DNA of 32,000 bases from Candidatus Methylomirabilis limnetica (GTDB lineage Bacteria; Methylomirabilota; Methylomirabilia; Methylomirabilales; Methylomirabilaceae): the NCBI RefSeq assembly GCF_003044035.1, contig NZ_NVQC01000020.1, forward strand, positions 76,358-108,357. Direction: 5' to 3'. Position 1 is the first letter of the stretch, and each line of letters starts with the position of its first letter. Both the position numbers and the translations under genes were made by a program. This document shows, one piece after another, positions 1 to 9,210 of the stretch. A model generated the notes under the pieces. That model was not told the DNA's origin and did no database searches. It worked only from the letters and a program-made list of their open reading frames with translations.

Positions 1-99
1 CGACGCGATCTGAACTGTCCGGTCTGTGGTGATCATCCCACCATTACCGATCTGATCGATTACTACGAGTTTTGTGGAGTTCCCGGCGGTGGTCACTGA
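1..99 (+). CDS. 3' end of a ThiF/MoeB-type E1-like adenylyltransferase (partial, runs off the window start)
   Basis: Frame 1 reads [31 protein letters not shown]-stop (TGA 97-99). The CPxCG zinc knuckle and the ID..FCG tail are typical of MoeB/ThiF C-termini. The gene sits beside sulfur-carrier pathway genes. Confidence 0.5.
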   Translation, partial: RRDLNCPVCGDHPTITDLIDYYEFCGVPGGGH

Positions 100-118
100 G
101 ACCGCGAACGGCGCAGCC

Positions 119-1135
119 ATGATCCGAATGATGGGCCTGGGTCTCGTTGTCGGGGCAGCCTTCGGGTACGCCCTGCAGCGTGGGCGCTTTTGCATGAACT
201 CTACGTTCCGCGATATCCTGCTGGCGCGGGATCTCACCCTGCTACGGGCCTACATCCTGGCTCTTTTGATTCAGATGGTCGGGGTCAGGGCGATGGCGAC
301 GTTGGGTCTGTTCGGGCTGGGCGTCACACCATTTTTTTGGGTAGCGACGTTGTGCGGCGGGTTCGTGTTCGGTATCGGAATGGCCTTTTCCGGTGGGTGA
401 GGGAGCGGCAGTACTTACCGGTCCGGTGAGGGGATGGTGGGTTCGATTATTGCGCTGCTCGGTTTTGTATTTGGGATCACGATGACCAATGACGGCGTTT
501 TAGAGCCGGTGCAAGTCGTCTTGCGGAGCTCCGTGGTTGAGATCGATGGGCAGCCCGCAACGCTGGATCGCCTCTTGGGCGTGAATCCATGGATACTGGT
601 AGTAACCTTCGTCATAGTTGGCGGTTGGTGGCTTCTGAAAAGCCCGGCCGGCGGCTACCAGAGAGGGTGGAGTTGGACAAGGAGCGGCATCACCATCGGT
701 CTGATAGCCACGGCTGCCTGGCCGATCTCAGCCCTGACCGGAAGGGAGTACGGTCTTTCGATCACCGAGCCGATCCGAACGATCTCGGGGTTCCTGTTCA
801 CCGGTGAGACCTCCCTGCTCACCTGGGGGAGTTTCATGTGGGTGGGGCTCATTGCGGGCGCATACGTGGCGGCGAGGTCACATGGAGAGTTTGCCTGGCG
901 CGCCCCTGGCGCTCAGCGTCTTCTCCAGGCTCTCGGGGGTGGTCTGCTGATGGGCGTGGGGGCCGGCATTGCGGGTGGATGCAACATCGGTCATGGGCTG
1001 ACTGGAGTTCCACTCTTTGGACTGAGCAGTGTGACGGCGACACTCGGTATTATCCTGGGAGTATGGGTCGGAGTCTATCTGTTGTTTGGTAGCATTGCGT
1101 TTGAGCGTGGGCCGCGAAACGCCCAGCGGGCGTAG
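119..1135 (+). CDS. yeeE: YeeE/YedE-family sulfur-compound (thiosulfate-type) transporter, one reading frame interrupted by a single in-frame TGA at 398-400
   Basis: ORFs 74..400 and 434..1135 share a frame and only the TGA separates them. Family motifs are present: QRGRFCMNSTFRD, GIGMAFSGG[TGA]GSGSTYRSGEG and GAGIAGGCNIGHGL. The protein is multi-TM and hydrophobic. The start is probably ATG 119 (MIRMMGLGL); GTG 74 would overlap the upstream gene. Confidence 0.75.
414..430 (+). promoter_or_regulatory. Candidate bacterial SECIS-like hairpin 13 nt downstream of the in-frame UGA
   Basis: CUUACC (414-419) pairs with GGUGAG (425-430) as 6 bp including one G-U pair, with apical loop GGUCC (420-424). 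It is a 17-nt element at about the spacing of the minimal E. coli fdhF SECIS, whose loop also contains GGUC (from memory). Confidence 0.3.
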
Positions 1136-1167
1136 AGTCTTCCGAACGTGGTGGCGATCGTAAAATC

Positions 1168-1434
1168 ATGGGGGCAGCGATGACGAAGTACTCCCTTGAT
1201 GTGACTGGAGAGATTTGTCCGTATCCTTTGATGTTGACCAAACAGAAAATGGGGAAACTTACAGCCGGTGATCAACTAGTGGTAATTGTCGATTACGCGA
1301 AATCGGTAGAAGATATCCCCAGATGGGCGAAGGAGGAAGGTTATGCGGTCCTCGCCATTTCGGAAGTTGGTAGAACTCAATGGGAAATCGTCCTGGAAAA
1401 AGTCTCACCTGCATTATTGGAGGAGGGGAAATGA
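1168..1434 (+). CDS. TusA/SirA/YeeD-family sulfurtransferase
   Basis: LDVTGEICPYPL contains the CPxP active-site motif. The protein is about 85 aa and lies directly downstream of yeeE, as in yeeE-yeeD pairs. An alternative start is ATG 1180. Confidence 0.8.
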   Translation: MGAAMTKYSLDVTGEICPYPLMLTKQKMGKLTAGDQLVVIVDYAKSVEDIPRWAKEEGYAVLAISEVGRTQWEIVLEKVSPALLEEGK

Positions 1435-1676
1435 GTGGGGCGCCTGAGCAGATAGCCGAGTCCCTTGATCTGAAGGGGGAGGTATGCCCCTACACGTTTG
1501 TGAAGACCAAATTGGCGCTGGAAGAGCTACAAAGCGGTCAGGCGCTGATAATCATAGTGGATAACCCTAGTTCTGCTGAGAACGTTCCCAGGAGTTTACG
1601 CAGTGAAGGGCATATAGTTGCGGATGCGACGAAGTTGAATGACACTGACTGGGCGATCACGGTAATAAAGGCCTGA
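1431..1676 (+). CDS. Second TusA/SirA-family sulfurtransferase
   Basis: LDLKGEVCPYTFV carries the CPxx motif. ATG 1431 overlaps the upstream stop (ATGA) and follows GGAGGAGGGG. Confidence 0.8.
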   Translation: MSGAPEQIAESLDLKGEVCPYTFVKTKLALEELQSGQALIIIVDNPSSAENVPRSLRSEGHIVADATKLNDTDWAITVIKA

Positions 1677-1728
1677 CCCGTAAGGTGAAGGTGGGCCGGG
1701 GACGAGAAGGCCGACAAAGAGGACATGG

Positions 1729-2664
1729 ATGAAAAAAGTCGATATTCTTGATGCGATCGGGCACACGCCGCTGATCGAACTGTCGCGGATGAGTCCCAAG
1801 AAAGAGGTTCGGATCTTCGCCAAGCTGGAGGGAGTGAACCCGACCGGCAGCTTGAAGGATCGAATAGCGAAGTACATGATCGAGCAGGCCGAGCGGAGCG
1901 GCGAACTGACGAAGGGCCAAACGATTCTGGAGCCAACGAGCGGCAACACCGGTATCGCCTTGGCCATGATCGGGCGGAGGAAGGGGTACAAGGTCAAGGC
2001 GGTGATCCCGGAAAACGCTACCCCGGAGAGACGTCAACTCCTTGAGATCTTCGGCGCCGAGTTGATCTATTCTGATGGGACCAAAGGGAGTAATGGGGCT
2101 ATTGAGTTGGCTCAAGAGCTTGTGGCGCAGGATCCAACCCTCTACATGCCCTTTCAGTACGGTAATCCGGCCAACCCTCTGGCCCACTACGAAACGACCG
2201 GGGTGGAGATCCTGAACGACCTCCCGGAGGTTGATGTCTTTGTGGCCGGCCTTGGGACCGGCGGAACCCTGATGGGCGTGGGGAGACGGCTGAAGGAGCG
2301 TAACCCCAAGACCAAGGTCATTGCCGTGGAGCCGAATCCGGGCGATCTGGTCCAGGGGCTTCGCAGTCTTGATGAGGGTTTCATTCCACCGATCCTTGAC
2401 ACCAGCCTCTTGGACGGCAAAATAATGGTCGATTCTCGCTGTGCCTTTGCCGCTACCAAAGATCTGACCAACAAGGAAGGGATCTTTGCCGGCGTGTCCT
2501 CTGGGGCTGTCGTTCATGTGGCGATCCGGACGGCGCATCGAATGGAGAAGGGCAACATCGTGGTAATCCTCTGCGATGGCGGGTGGAAGTATGTGAGCCT
2601 GGGTGTCTGGCATAAGGAGTTTCCCGCGCTGGGCGAGAACATGTACAGTCACCTCTGGTGGTAG
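1729..2664 (+). CDS. cysM: Cysteine synthase, CysM/CysK fold-type II PLP enzyme
   Basis: NPTGSLKDR contains the PLP lysine and EPTSGNTGIALA is the Asn loop. The size is 311 aa. It is adjacent to a JAMM protease, as in the mycobacterial cysO-cysM-mec context. Confidence 0.85.
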   Translation: MKKVDILDAIGHTPLIELSRMSPKKEVRIFAKLEGVNPTGSLKDRIAKYMIEQAERSGELTKGQTILEPTSGNTGIALAMIGRRKGYKVKAVIPENATPERRQLLEIFGAELIYSDGTKGSNGAIELAQELVAQDPTLYMPFQYGNPANPLAHYETTGVEILNDLPEVDVFVAGLGTGGTLMGVGRRLKERNPKTKVIAVEPNPGDLVQGLRSLDEGFIPPILDTSLLDGKIMVDSRCAFAATKDLTNKEGIFAGVSSGAVVHVAIRTAHRMEKGNIVVILCDGGWKYVSLGVWHKEFPALGENMYSHLWW

Positions 2665-2689
2665 GCCTGTGGTGAGCCCTGTCGAACCG

Positions 2690-3154
2690 ATGATCCATAC
2701 GCAACCGGGGCTGAACGAAATCTTCGCTCACGCCGAGGAGGCATATCCTGAAGAGGCCTGCGGGGTCGTCATAGGGAAGCCAGGCGATCCGAGTACGAAT
2801 ATTATCCGCAGATGCGCGAATCTGGCGAACCAGTATCAGCAGGACGATCCAATTCGTTATCCGAGAGATGCAAGGACCGCCTATATCATGGACCCAAAGG
2901 ACCTTCTACGGATTCAGAGCGAAGCTGATGCCAAAGGTCTTGAGTTTGTCGTTATCTACCATTCACACCCAGATCATGAAGCCTACTTCTCTGAGACCGA
3001 TCGAGACTTGGCGTTGTTCGACGGTGAACCGTTGTGGCCGCAGATGCACTATCTTGTCGTGTCAGTGAAAAATGGGAAAGTGTTGTACTTCAAAGCATTC
3101 AGGTGGGACGCGATCAAAAAAGAGTTTGCAGAAGAACCATCTGCTGTCTTTTAG
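2690..3154 (+). CDS. mec: JAMM/MPN+ metalloprotease (Mec/CysO-hydrolase-like)
   Basis: EEACGVV supplies the catalytic Glu, and HSHPDHEAYFSETD matches the HxHx7Sx2D JAMM motif exactly. The start is uncertain (ATG 2690 or GTG 2669). Confidence 0.8.
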   Translation: MIHTQPGLNEIFAHAEEAYPEEACGVVIGKPGDPSTNIIRRCANLANQYQQDDPIRYPRDARTAYIMDPKDLLRIQSEADAKGLEFVVIYHSHPDHEAYFSETDRDLALFDGEPLWPQMHYLVVSVKNGKVLYFKAFRWDAIKKEFAEEPSAVF

Positions 3155-3245
3155 CTCAACGACTAGCTTCTCTTTCAGGGTTGCGTGGAGTAGTGAGAAG
3201 TGATGTGCAAAGCCTCCGAGGCCGAGATGGATGACCGTGCGATGA

Positions 3246-4202
3246 ATGGAAGTAATGGGCATGATGGACCTTGATACCGGGCAAATCACGCTCATAGCTA
3301 TCACGCTCTTTGCGGCCGCCGTCAATGGGGCGCTAGGGTATGGGTTTTCATCGCTGACCGTCCCGGTTGCCCTCATCTTCTATTCTAACAGGATCCTGAA
3401 TCCCGCCTTGGTATTGGTGGAGGTGGCCCTTAATAGCTACGTGCTGCTCGTCAATCGCAGTAGCATCCGGAAGATCTGGAAGAGGGTGCTACCGATCGTA
3501 TTTGGCCTTATTCCTGGTGTCATCGCGGGGAGTTATTTCCTCTCGATGGCGAACCCGGGATGGCTTAAGCTGATCACGTATCTCATCGTGCTGCCGTTGA
3601 TCCTGCTGCAGGCGGCAGGGGTCAGGCGGCCGATTCGGTCCGAACATCTCATTGGTGTCCCGTTCGGCGCCGGAGTTGGCGTTCTCTATTCAACAACCAC
3701 CATCTCTGGTCCTCCTTTGGCGCTCCTGTTTAACAACCAGGGCTTTGTCAAAGGCGAGTTTAGAGCCGCCCTTGGTCTGATCAGAATGGTCGAATCAACC
3801 GTGACAGCGACCGCGTATTACTTTCTAGGAGTGTATACTGCAGAGAGTACGGGGCTCCTGTCGTCGATCGTTCCGAGCGTCGCGATCGGGATTCCGATAG
3901 GGGCCTACATCATCAGACGCATGAATGCTGAAACGTTCAGAAGAATCTGTATGAGCTTCGATGCCTGGGTGGTGGGCTTTGGATTATCGAAGGTATTTAT
4001 CGAGCTGGGATTGATCGCAAGCCCGCGTGCCTACGGTGTCTGGCTGGCTGTTATCATGATCGATCTCTTTTTACTCTACGGCTTCTTTACGAGGGGGCCG
4101 GAGATCTCGGCGGCCGCCTTGGCTGTCGATGCCCCTGATGGGGGTTCCAGGCTCATGCATCAAAAAACGCCGACCATAACCCAGGACGATCTGCCTGCAT
4201 GA
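3246..4202 (+). CDS. TauE/SafE (DUF81) family sulfite/anion exporter-like membrane protein
   Basis: The protein is multi-TM and Gly-rich, with the N-terminal pattern AAAVNGALGYGFSSLTVPVAL typical of TauE/SafE. It sits in a sulfur context. Confidence 0.65.
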   Translation: MEVMGMMDLDTGQITLIAITLFAAAVNGALGYGFSSLTVPVALIFYSNRILNPALVLVEVALNSYVLLVNRSSIRKIWKRVLPIVFGLIPGVIAGSYFLSMANPGWLKLITYLIVLPLILLQAAGVRRPIRSEHLIGVPFGAGVGVLYSTTTISGPPLALLFNNQGFVKGEFRAALGLIRMVESTVTATAYYFLGVYTAESTGLLSSIVPSVAIGIPIGAYIIRRMNAETFRRICMSFDAWVVGFGLSKVFIELGLIASPRAYGVWLAVIMIDLFLLYGFFTRGPEISAAALAVDAPDGGSRLMHQKTPTITQDDLPA

Positions 4203-4250
4203 GTGTATCGCCCGGTAGCGAGCGAGCGGTGAATGATGGGGAGGGCAATA

Positions 4251-6002
4251 ATGAATGATGCGGGCGAAAACAGGCCGTCCTGGGCTAGTGAGGAGGAGAT
4301 CGATACCTTCGATCAGTTCGTCCAAAGGTTCTGGAATGGGGAGATCTCACCAGACGAGTTCAAGCGGTTCCGCCTGCAGAACGGGGTCTACGGACAGCGG
4401 CAGGAAGGGGAACAGATGCTCCGGATCAAGATCCCGTGGGGCGGTCTCAGCTCGGATCAACTGGAGCTGCTCGCCGAGCTGGCGGCGAAGGCTCCGAAGG
4501 GGGTAGGTCACGTGACTACCCGCCAGAACATCCAGTTCCACTTCATCAAACTCGACCAGGTGACAGGACTGACGAGGAGCCTGGCCTCAATCGGGCTGAC
4601 GACCAGAGAGGCCTGCGGAAACACCGTTCGCACCGTTACGGTCGGGCACTGCGCCGGGGTCTGCCCTCAAGAAGTGTTCGACGTTACCCCGTATGCCGCT
4701 ACGATTACGCGATTTCTCCTGCGCAATCCGATGAATCAGAACCTGCCCAGGAAGTTTAAAATCGCGTTCTCCGGCTGTCCCGACGACCTTGGTCTCACCC
4801 CTATCCAGGACATCGGTGCCCGTGCTGCGCTCCGATTGACAGCAGGAAAGGAGGAGCGGGGCTTTCAGCTTTATGTCGGGGGCGGCCTAGGCCCCACGCC
4901 ACACCTCGCGGAGTTGCTCGAGGAGTTTACGCCGGCGAATCGGCTCCTGCCGACAGTGGCCGCTATTGTGCGCGTATTCGACCGCCTCGGTAATCGTGAC
5001 GATCGACACAAGGCCAGAATGAAGTTCCTGTTGAACAAGCTGGGGATCGAGCAGTTTCGATTACTGGTGTTCCAGGAGCGGACCGGACTCGAATCAACAA
5101 TGGCCGGACAGTTTCCCCCTCTTGTCAGTTGGGAGGAGATCCCGCCTCATCGTGCATCACCTGTTTCGGCGGGTCCCATCAAAGAGTCGGACGATCCTGC
5201 CTACCGGGGGTGGCGGACCACCAATGTGCTGAAGCAGAAGCAGGCCGGATACCTGATGGTTCATGTTCGCCTCGAACTCGGAGACGTCACCTCAGTACAG
5301 CTTAGAAGCCTTGCCTTCGCGGCGCGTGAGTTCGGCGATGGCACAGTCCGCAGCACGAACCAGCAGAACTTCGCCCTCAGGTGGATTCCCTCTGAGCGCC
5401 TCCCTGCGCTCTATCGGTTGCTCCACGCTGTCGGCTTGGCTGCCCCGTCGGCTGAACGGTTGGCAGATATTACCGCTTGTCCAGGCGCTGATACCTGCCA
5501 GCTCGGAATCACCTCCTCTCGCGGCTTGGCGGCTGCCCTGGGAGCCCTCTTCGATGATGAACTGAGGGATCTGGCGGATGAGGCGGGGATTCGGATGAAG
5601 ATTTCTGCCTGCCCAAACTCTTGTGGCCAGCACCACCTTGCGAATATCGGGTTTTATGGCGGCGCCAAAAAGTTCAACGGCCGGCAGGTGCCGACCTACG
5701 AGATGTTGCTGGGTGCGAGTTTGGCGCCGGGCCAGGCGCAATATGGCAAGCCGGTGGCACGGATCCCGGCAAAGAATATCCCGGGTGCGGTGGAGGCGGT
5801 CCTCCGTCTGTATCAGAAAGAGCGACAGGATGGCGAATCGTTCAACGGCTTTCTGGATCGCTATGGGTTGGAGACCGTGAAGATAGTCCTGGCGCCCTTT
5901 ACAGACCTGCTGCCGGTCTCTGAGGCGCCGGATCACTATCTTGACTATAACGCTGAAGAGGCGTTTTCCGTCCAGACCGGGCCTGGCGAGTGCGCTGCGT
6001 AA
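4251..6002 (+). CDS. sir: Ferredoxin-dependent sulfite reductase (NirA/Sir siroheme-[4Fe-4S] hemoprotein)
   Basis: TTRQNIQFH is present, and the cluster cysteines are TACPGADTC (Cx5C) and SACPNSCGQH (Cx3C). The start is probably ATG 4251 after GGGGAGGG; the ORF is open from 4233. Confidence 0.85.
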   Translation: MNDAGENRPSWASEEEIDTFDQFVQRFWNGEISPDEFKRFRLQNGVYGQRQEGEQMLRIKIPWGGLSSDQLELLAELAAKAPKGVGHVTTRQNIQFHFIKLDQVTGLTRSLASIGLTTREACGNTVRTVTVGHCAGVCPQEVFDVTPYAATITRFLLRNPMNQNLPRKFKIAFSGCPDDLGLTPIQDIGARAALRLTAGKEERGFQLYVGGGLGPTPHLAELLEEFTPANRLLPTVAAIVRVFDRLGNRDDRHKARMKFLLNKLGIEQFRLLVFQERTGLESTMAGQFPPLVSWEEIPPHRASPVSAGPIKESDDPAYRGWRTTNVLKQKQAGYLMVHVRLELGDVTSVQLRSLAFAAREFGDGTVRSTNQQNFALRWIPSERLPALYRLLHAVGLAAPSAERLADITACPGADTCQLGITSSRGLAAALGALFDDELRDLADEAGIRMKISACPNSCGQHHLANIGFYGGAKKFNGRQVPTYEMLLGASLAPGQAQYGKPVARIPAKNIPGAVEAVLRLYQKERQDGESFNGFLDRYGLETVKIVLAPFTDLLPVSEAPDHYLDYNAEEAFSVQTGPGECAA

Positions 6003-6070
6003 TCATCGGATCAAGAGAGTGCCGTAGTCGGCTGGGAAGGTCGGTATGAACAACAATGAGAGGAGAGGGA

Positions 6071-7051
6071 ATGGGGAGACGGGTCGTTAAGCTGGCGCCA
6101 TGGATAACCGGGCTAGCCTTGGTAGTAGGAGTCACGTGGATCGGCCAGGCCCACGCATACGAAGCATGGGTGACGAATCAGGAAGACCATACCGTCACCG
6201 TGATCGATACCGAGACTAATACGGTCCTCGACACGATCACGCCGGGCGGCAAGAAGCCCCATAACGTCGCCTTTTCACCGGACGGCGCCCATGCCTTTGT
6301 CGCGAATGTGGCGTCCAACGACGTGAACATGATCGAGACAAAAACGAGAAAGGTGATCGCGACATTTCCCGCCGGGATCAGGGCGCATGGCCTTGCCGTT
6401 GCCCCCGATGGTAAGCAGCTCTGGGTGGCGAACCCGGGATCAAACGATGTGACAGTCATTGATCTTCAACTCCGGCAAACGATCGACACGATCCCAGTCG
6501 GGAAAGCCCCCGCGCTCGTAGTCTTTGATCCGAAAGGCGCGAGAGCCTTTGTCAGCAACGGGGGATCCGGGGACCTTTCTGTGATCGATGCGAAGAGCCG
6601 GAAGATCATTACCACCATCGAGGCAGGCAAGGGCGCCATGGGGACAGATATCACATGGGACGGAAAGCTTCTGCTGGTTACAGCGGGGGATGTCGATCGA
6701 ATCGACGTGATCGATGCGATTAGTCACCAGGTCAAGGCGAGGATCCCGCGAGAGGGCGAACCGCATGGCCTTGTGCTGTCGCCTGACGGGAAGCGAGCAT
6801 ACGTTGGGAGCCGCAAGGCGAATGTGGTGTCGATTGTCGATTGCAAGCAGTTGAAGATTATAAAAGATATTCCAGCAGGCAAGCGGATCGACATCATCAC
6901 GATTACGCCGGATGGCCGTCGCCTCTACGTGACCAGCCGTGACACCAATACCGTGATCGCCATCGATACGCTAACAGAGAAGGTTGTCGCTGAGATTCCG
7001 GTAGGAAAAGACCCTCACGGGATCGCTGTACTTCCTGCGAGCCATCACTAA
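6071..7051 (+). CDS. Secreted YVTN-type beta-propeller repeat protein
   Basis: A signal peptide is present (LALVVGVTWIGQAHA). About 40-aa units recur, such as V(T/A)N..s..V(T/S)VID and P.G.A..PDGk. The start is probably ATG 6071 after GAGGAGAGGGA. Confidence 0.7.
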   Translation: MGRRVVKLAPWITGLALVVGVTWIGQAHAYEAWVTNQEDHTVTVIDTETNTVLDTITPGGKKPHNVAFSPDGAHAFVANVASNDVNMIETKTRKVIATFPAGIRAHGLAVAPDGKQLWVANPGSNDVTVIDLQLRQTIDTIPVGKAPALVVFDPKGARAFVSNGGSGDLSVIDAKSRKIITTIEAGKGAMGTDITWDGKLLLVTAGDVDRIDVIDAISHQVKARIPREGEPHGLVLSPDGKRAYVGSRKANVVSIVDCKQLKIIKDIPAGKRIDIITITPDGRRLYVTSRDTNTVIAIDTLTEKVVAEIPVGKDPHGIAVLPASHH

Positions 7052-7071
7052 GATTACTAAGATACAGATAA

Positions 7072-7135
7072 CCCCCCCCAACCCCCCCTTTGTAAGGGGG
7101 GGGAGAGAGAAGGGGGGGTAAGAGGGGAACTGGGG
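7072..7135. repeat. Nested C8/C7 - G8/G7 hairpin followed by two more G4 runs; terminator-like structure and G-quadruplex-capable tract
   Basis: C8 is at 7072-7079, C7 at 7082-7088, loop TTTGTAA, G8 at 7096-7103, G7 at 7112-7118, G4 at 7124-7127 and G4 at 7132-7135. The element begins 21 nt after the YVTN stop codon. Confidence 0.5.
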
Positions 7136-7220
7136 ACTTTCGAAGTAATGGCATGGTCGCAGCCTCGCGTGTAGCTGCGCGAATTATTTCACGTGCGTTG
7201 ACATATTCCAATAAGGAGGA

Positions 7221-7982
7221 ATGATGGAAAGACAATCGGGAATTCAGAGCGCAGAGAGCATTATTGAACTGAACGAGCGGTTCCGGGGGGCCGGGCCGGA
7301 GGTGGTGCTTCGGTGGGCGATCGACACCTTCGCTCCCAAGCTGGCGCTCGCCAGCAGTTTTGGGGCTGAAGATATGGTTTTAATCGATATGCTGTCGAAG
7401 CTCGAGCCGGCGACCACGATTTTCACCCTGGACACAGGTCGGTTGCATGAGGAGACGTACGACATAATGGAGCGGACCCGAGAACGGTACAAGGTTGCGA
7501 TTGAGAGCTACTTCCCGGGGCGAGACGCCGTAGAGGCGCTAGAGCGCGAGCGCGGGTTTTATTCCTTCCGGCAGAGTATCGAGGAACGGAAGTTCTGCTG
7601 TCGCGTCCGAAAGGTGGAGCCGCTCGGTCGAGCGCTGCTAAACGTTGATGCGTGGATCACCGGGCTCCGGCGGGAGCAGGCAGCGACCCGCACCGGCATC
7701 GACGCTGTTGAGATTGATGCGAGCCATGGCTCAATCGTTAAGATCAATCCGCTCGTCGATTGGACCGAGTCGCAGGTCTGGGCGTATATCCGCGAGCACG
7801 ATGTGCCCAGCAACGCTCTTCATGACCAGGGCTTTCCCAGCATCGGCTGCGCGCCATGCACGAGGGCTATCAAGCCGGGCGAGGATGTACGAGCTGGACG
7901 ATGGTGGTGGGAAAACCCGGAGACCAAGGAGTGCGGGCTGCATCTGGAGAGCGGACACGGCGATCATGGCGCACGCGGCTAA
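7221..7982 (+). CDS. cysH: Assimilatory APS (adenylyl-sulfate) reductase, Fe-S type CysH
   Basis: The C-terminal ECGLH motif is present. The cysteines FCC...GCAPCT fit the CC...CxxC cluster that is diagnostic of APS-specific rather than PAPS-specific enzymes. The SD is AAGGAGG. Confidence 0.85.
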   Translation: MMERQSGIQSAESIIELNERFRGAGPEVVLRWAIDTFAPKLALASSFGAEDMVLIDMLSKLEPATTIFTLDTGRLHEETYDIMERTRERYKVAIESYFPGRDAVEALERERGFYSFRQSIEERKFCCRVRKVEPLGRALLNVDAWITGLRREQAATRTGIDAVEIDASHGSIVKINPLVDWTESQVWAYIREHDVPSNALHDQGFPSIGCAPCTRAIKPGEDVRAGRWWWENPETKECGLHLESGHGDHGARG

Positions 7983-7995
7983 GGCGAGGGGTACG

Positions 7996-9210
7996 ATGTC
8001 GACAGGAGAGCACACGATGCAGAAATCGATTGAATCGCCGGAGACAGAGGCGCCGACACAGATCCTCCCTCACGGTGGGCGGCTCGTCTCTCGGATACTT
8101 ACAGGAGAGGCCAGGGCCGACGCGATAGGTAGGGCGCAGGATCTCCCCGCGATTTCCTTGAACGCGAGGGCCGTGTCCGACGTGGAATGCCTGGCCACTG
8201 GCGTCTTTAGCCCGCTCGAAGGGTTTATGGATCGGGGTGACTACGAGGGGGTGGTCAATGAGATGCGCATGAAGAACGGCATACTGTGGACGCTTCCGAT
8301 CACCCTGGCCGCGCCCAAAGAGGAAGCGGCCGGGCTACGGGAGGGGGGAGAGGCGGCCTTGCTGGACTCGGACGGTGAGCTGCTTGGCCTCCTCTCAGTG
8401 CAGGAGATCTTCCCCTACGACAAGCGCGCGGAGGCGTGCCTGGTATACGCTACAGAAGAGACGCGCCACCCTGGCGTGCAGTACCTGTACCAGCGGGGAG
8501 AGCTCTTGGTGGGCGGGTCGATCAGCATGGTTCGCCCCCCGTCGTTACCGGGATTCGAAGACTATTACTGCGTGCCGGCTGAGACGCGGCGACGGTTCAA
8601 GGAGCGTGGATGGCAGACCGTAGTCGGGTTTCAGACCCGCAACCCGATTCATCGGTCGCACGAGTACATCCAGAAATGCGCGTTAGAGTTGATGGACGGC
8701 CTGCTGATCCACCCGCTGGTCGGTCGGACAAAGCTCGACGATGTCCCATCAGAAATCCGTCTTCGATGCTATCGCGCGCTTGAGGAGTGCTACTTCCCGA
8801 AGGAGCGCGTCATGCTGAGCGTCTTCCCTGGCGCTATGCGATATGCGGGGCCGCGCGAGGCGGTCTTCCATGCCCTCGTGCGCAAGAACTATGGATGTAC
8901 CCACTTCATCGTTGGGCGGGACCCCGCAGGGGTAGGCGGCTTCTATCATCCATACGCCGCCCGTGACCTCTTCCTGCGGCTGTCACGCGACGAATTGGAC
9001 ATCACCCCGCTCTTCTTCGATGAGGCCTTCTTCTGCCGTCGCTGCGATGGGATGGCCTCGTCCAAGACCTGCCCACATGAGGCGTCCGAGCGGGTGACGC
9101 TGAGTGGCACGCGCGTTCGTGAACTCCTTCGGAGCGGTGAGGCGCTACCAGAAGAATTTACGCGGCCGGAGGTCTCCGAGATCCTGGCGGAATGGATGCA
9201 GGGTGAATAA
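7996..9210 (+). CDS. sat: Sulfate adenylyltransferase (ATP sulfurylase, Sat type)
   Basis: QTRNPIHRSHEY and GRDPAGVG are the HxxH and GRD-type signatures of homo-oligomeric ATP sulfurylase. The 7645-7995 part of the ORF overlaps cysH and is treated as a non-coding extension. ATG 7996 follows AAGGCGAGGGG. Confidence 0.9.
   Translation: MSTGEHTMQKSIESPETEAPTQILPHGGRLVSRILTGEARADAIGRAQDLPAISLNARAVSDVECLATGVFSPLEGFMDRGDYEGVVNEMRMKNGILWTLPITLAAPKEEAAGLREGGEAALLDSDGELLGLLSVQEIFPYDKRAEACLVYATEETRHPGVQYLYQRGELLVGGSISMVRPPSLPGFEDYYCVPAETRRRFKERGWQTVVGFQTRNPIHRSHEYIQKCALELMDGLLIHPLVGRTKLDDVPSEIRLRCYRALEECYFPKERVMLSVFPGAMRYAGPREAVFHALVRKNYGCTHFIVGRDPAGVGGFYHPYAARDLFLRLSRDELDITPLFFDEAFFCRRCDGMASSKTCPHEASERVTLSGTRVRELLRSGEALPEEFTRPEVSEILAEWMQGE

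Noticed and set aside
74-1135. Treating 74..400 and 434..1135 as two ordinary, separate YeeE-half genes
   Set aside because: The break falls inside the conserved GGC motif rather than between the two transporter halves. Both parts share one frame with a single TGA between them. A start at ATG 434 would delete the conserved GSGSTYRSGEG segment. The possibility is kept as an alternative under the Sec finding rather than as the primary call.
7645-7995. A 117-codon N-terminal extension of the sat ORF that overlaps cysH
   Set aside because: The extension is Arg/Ser-rich junk in an alternative frame of a well-supported cysH. A good SD and ATG at 7996 give a normal-length ATP sulfurylase.
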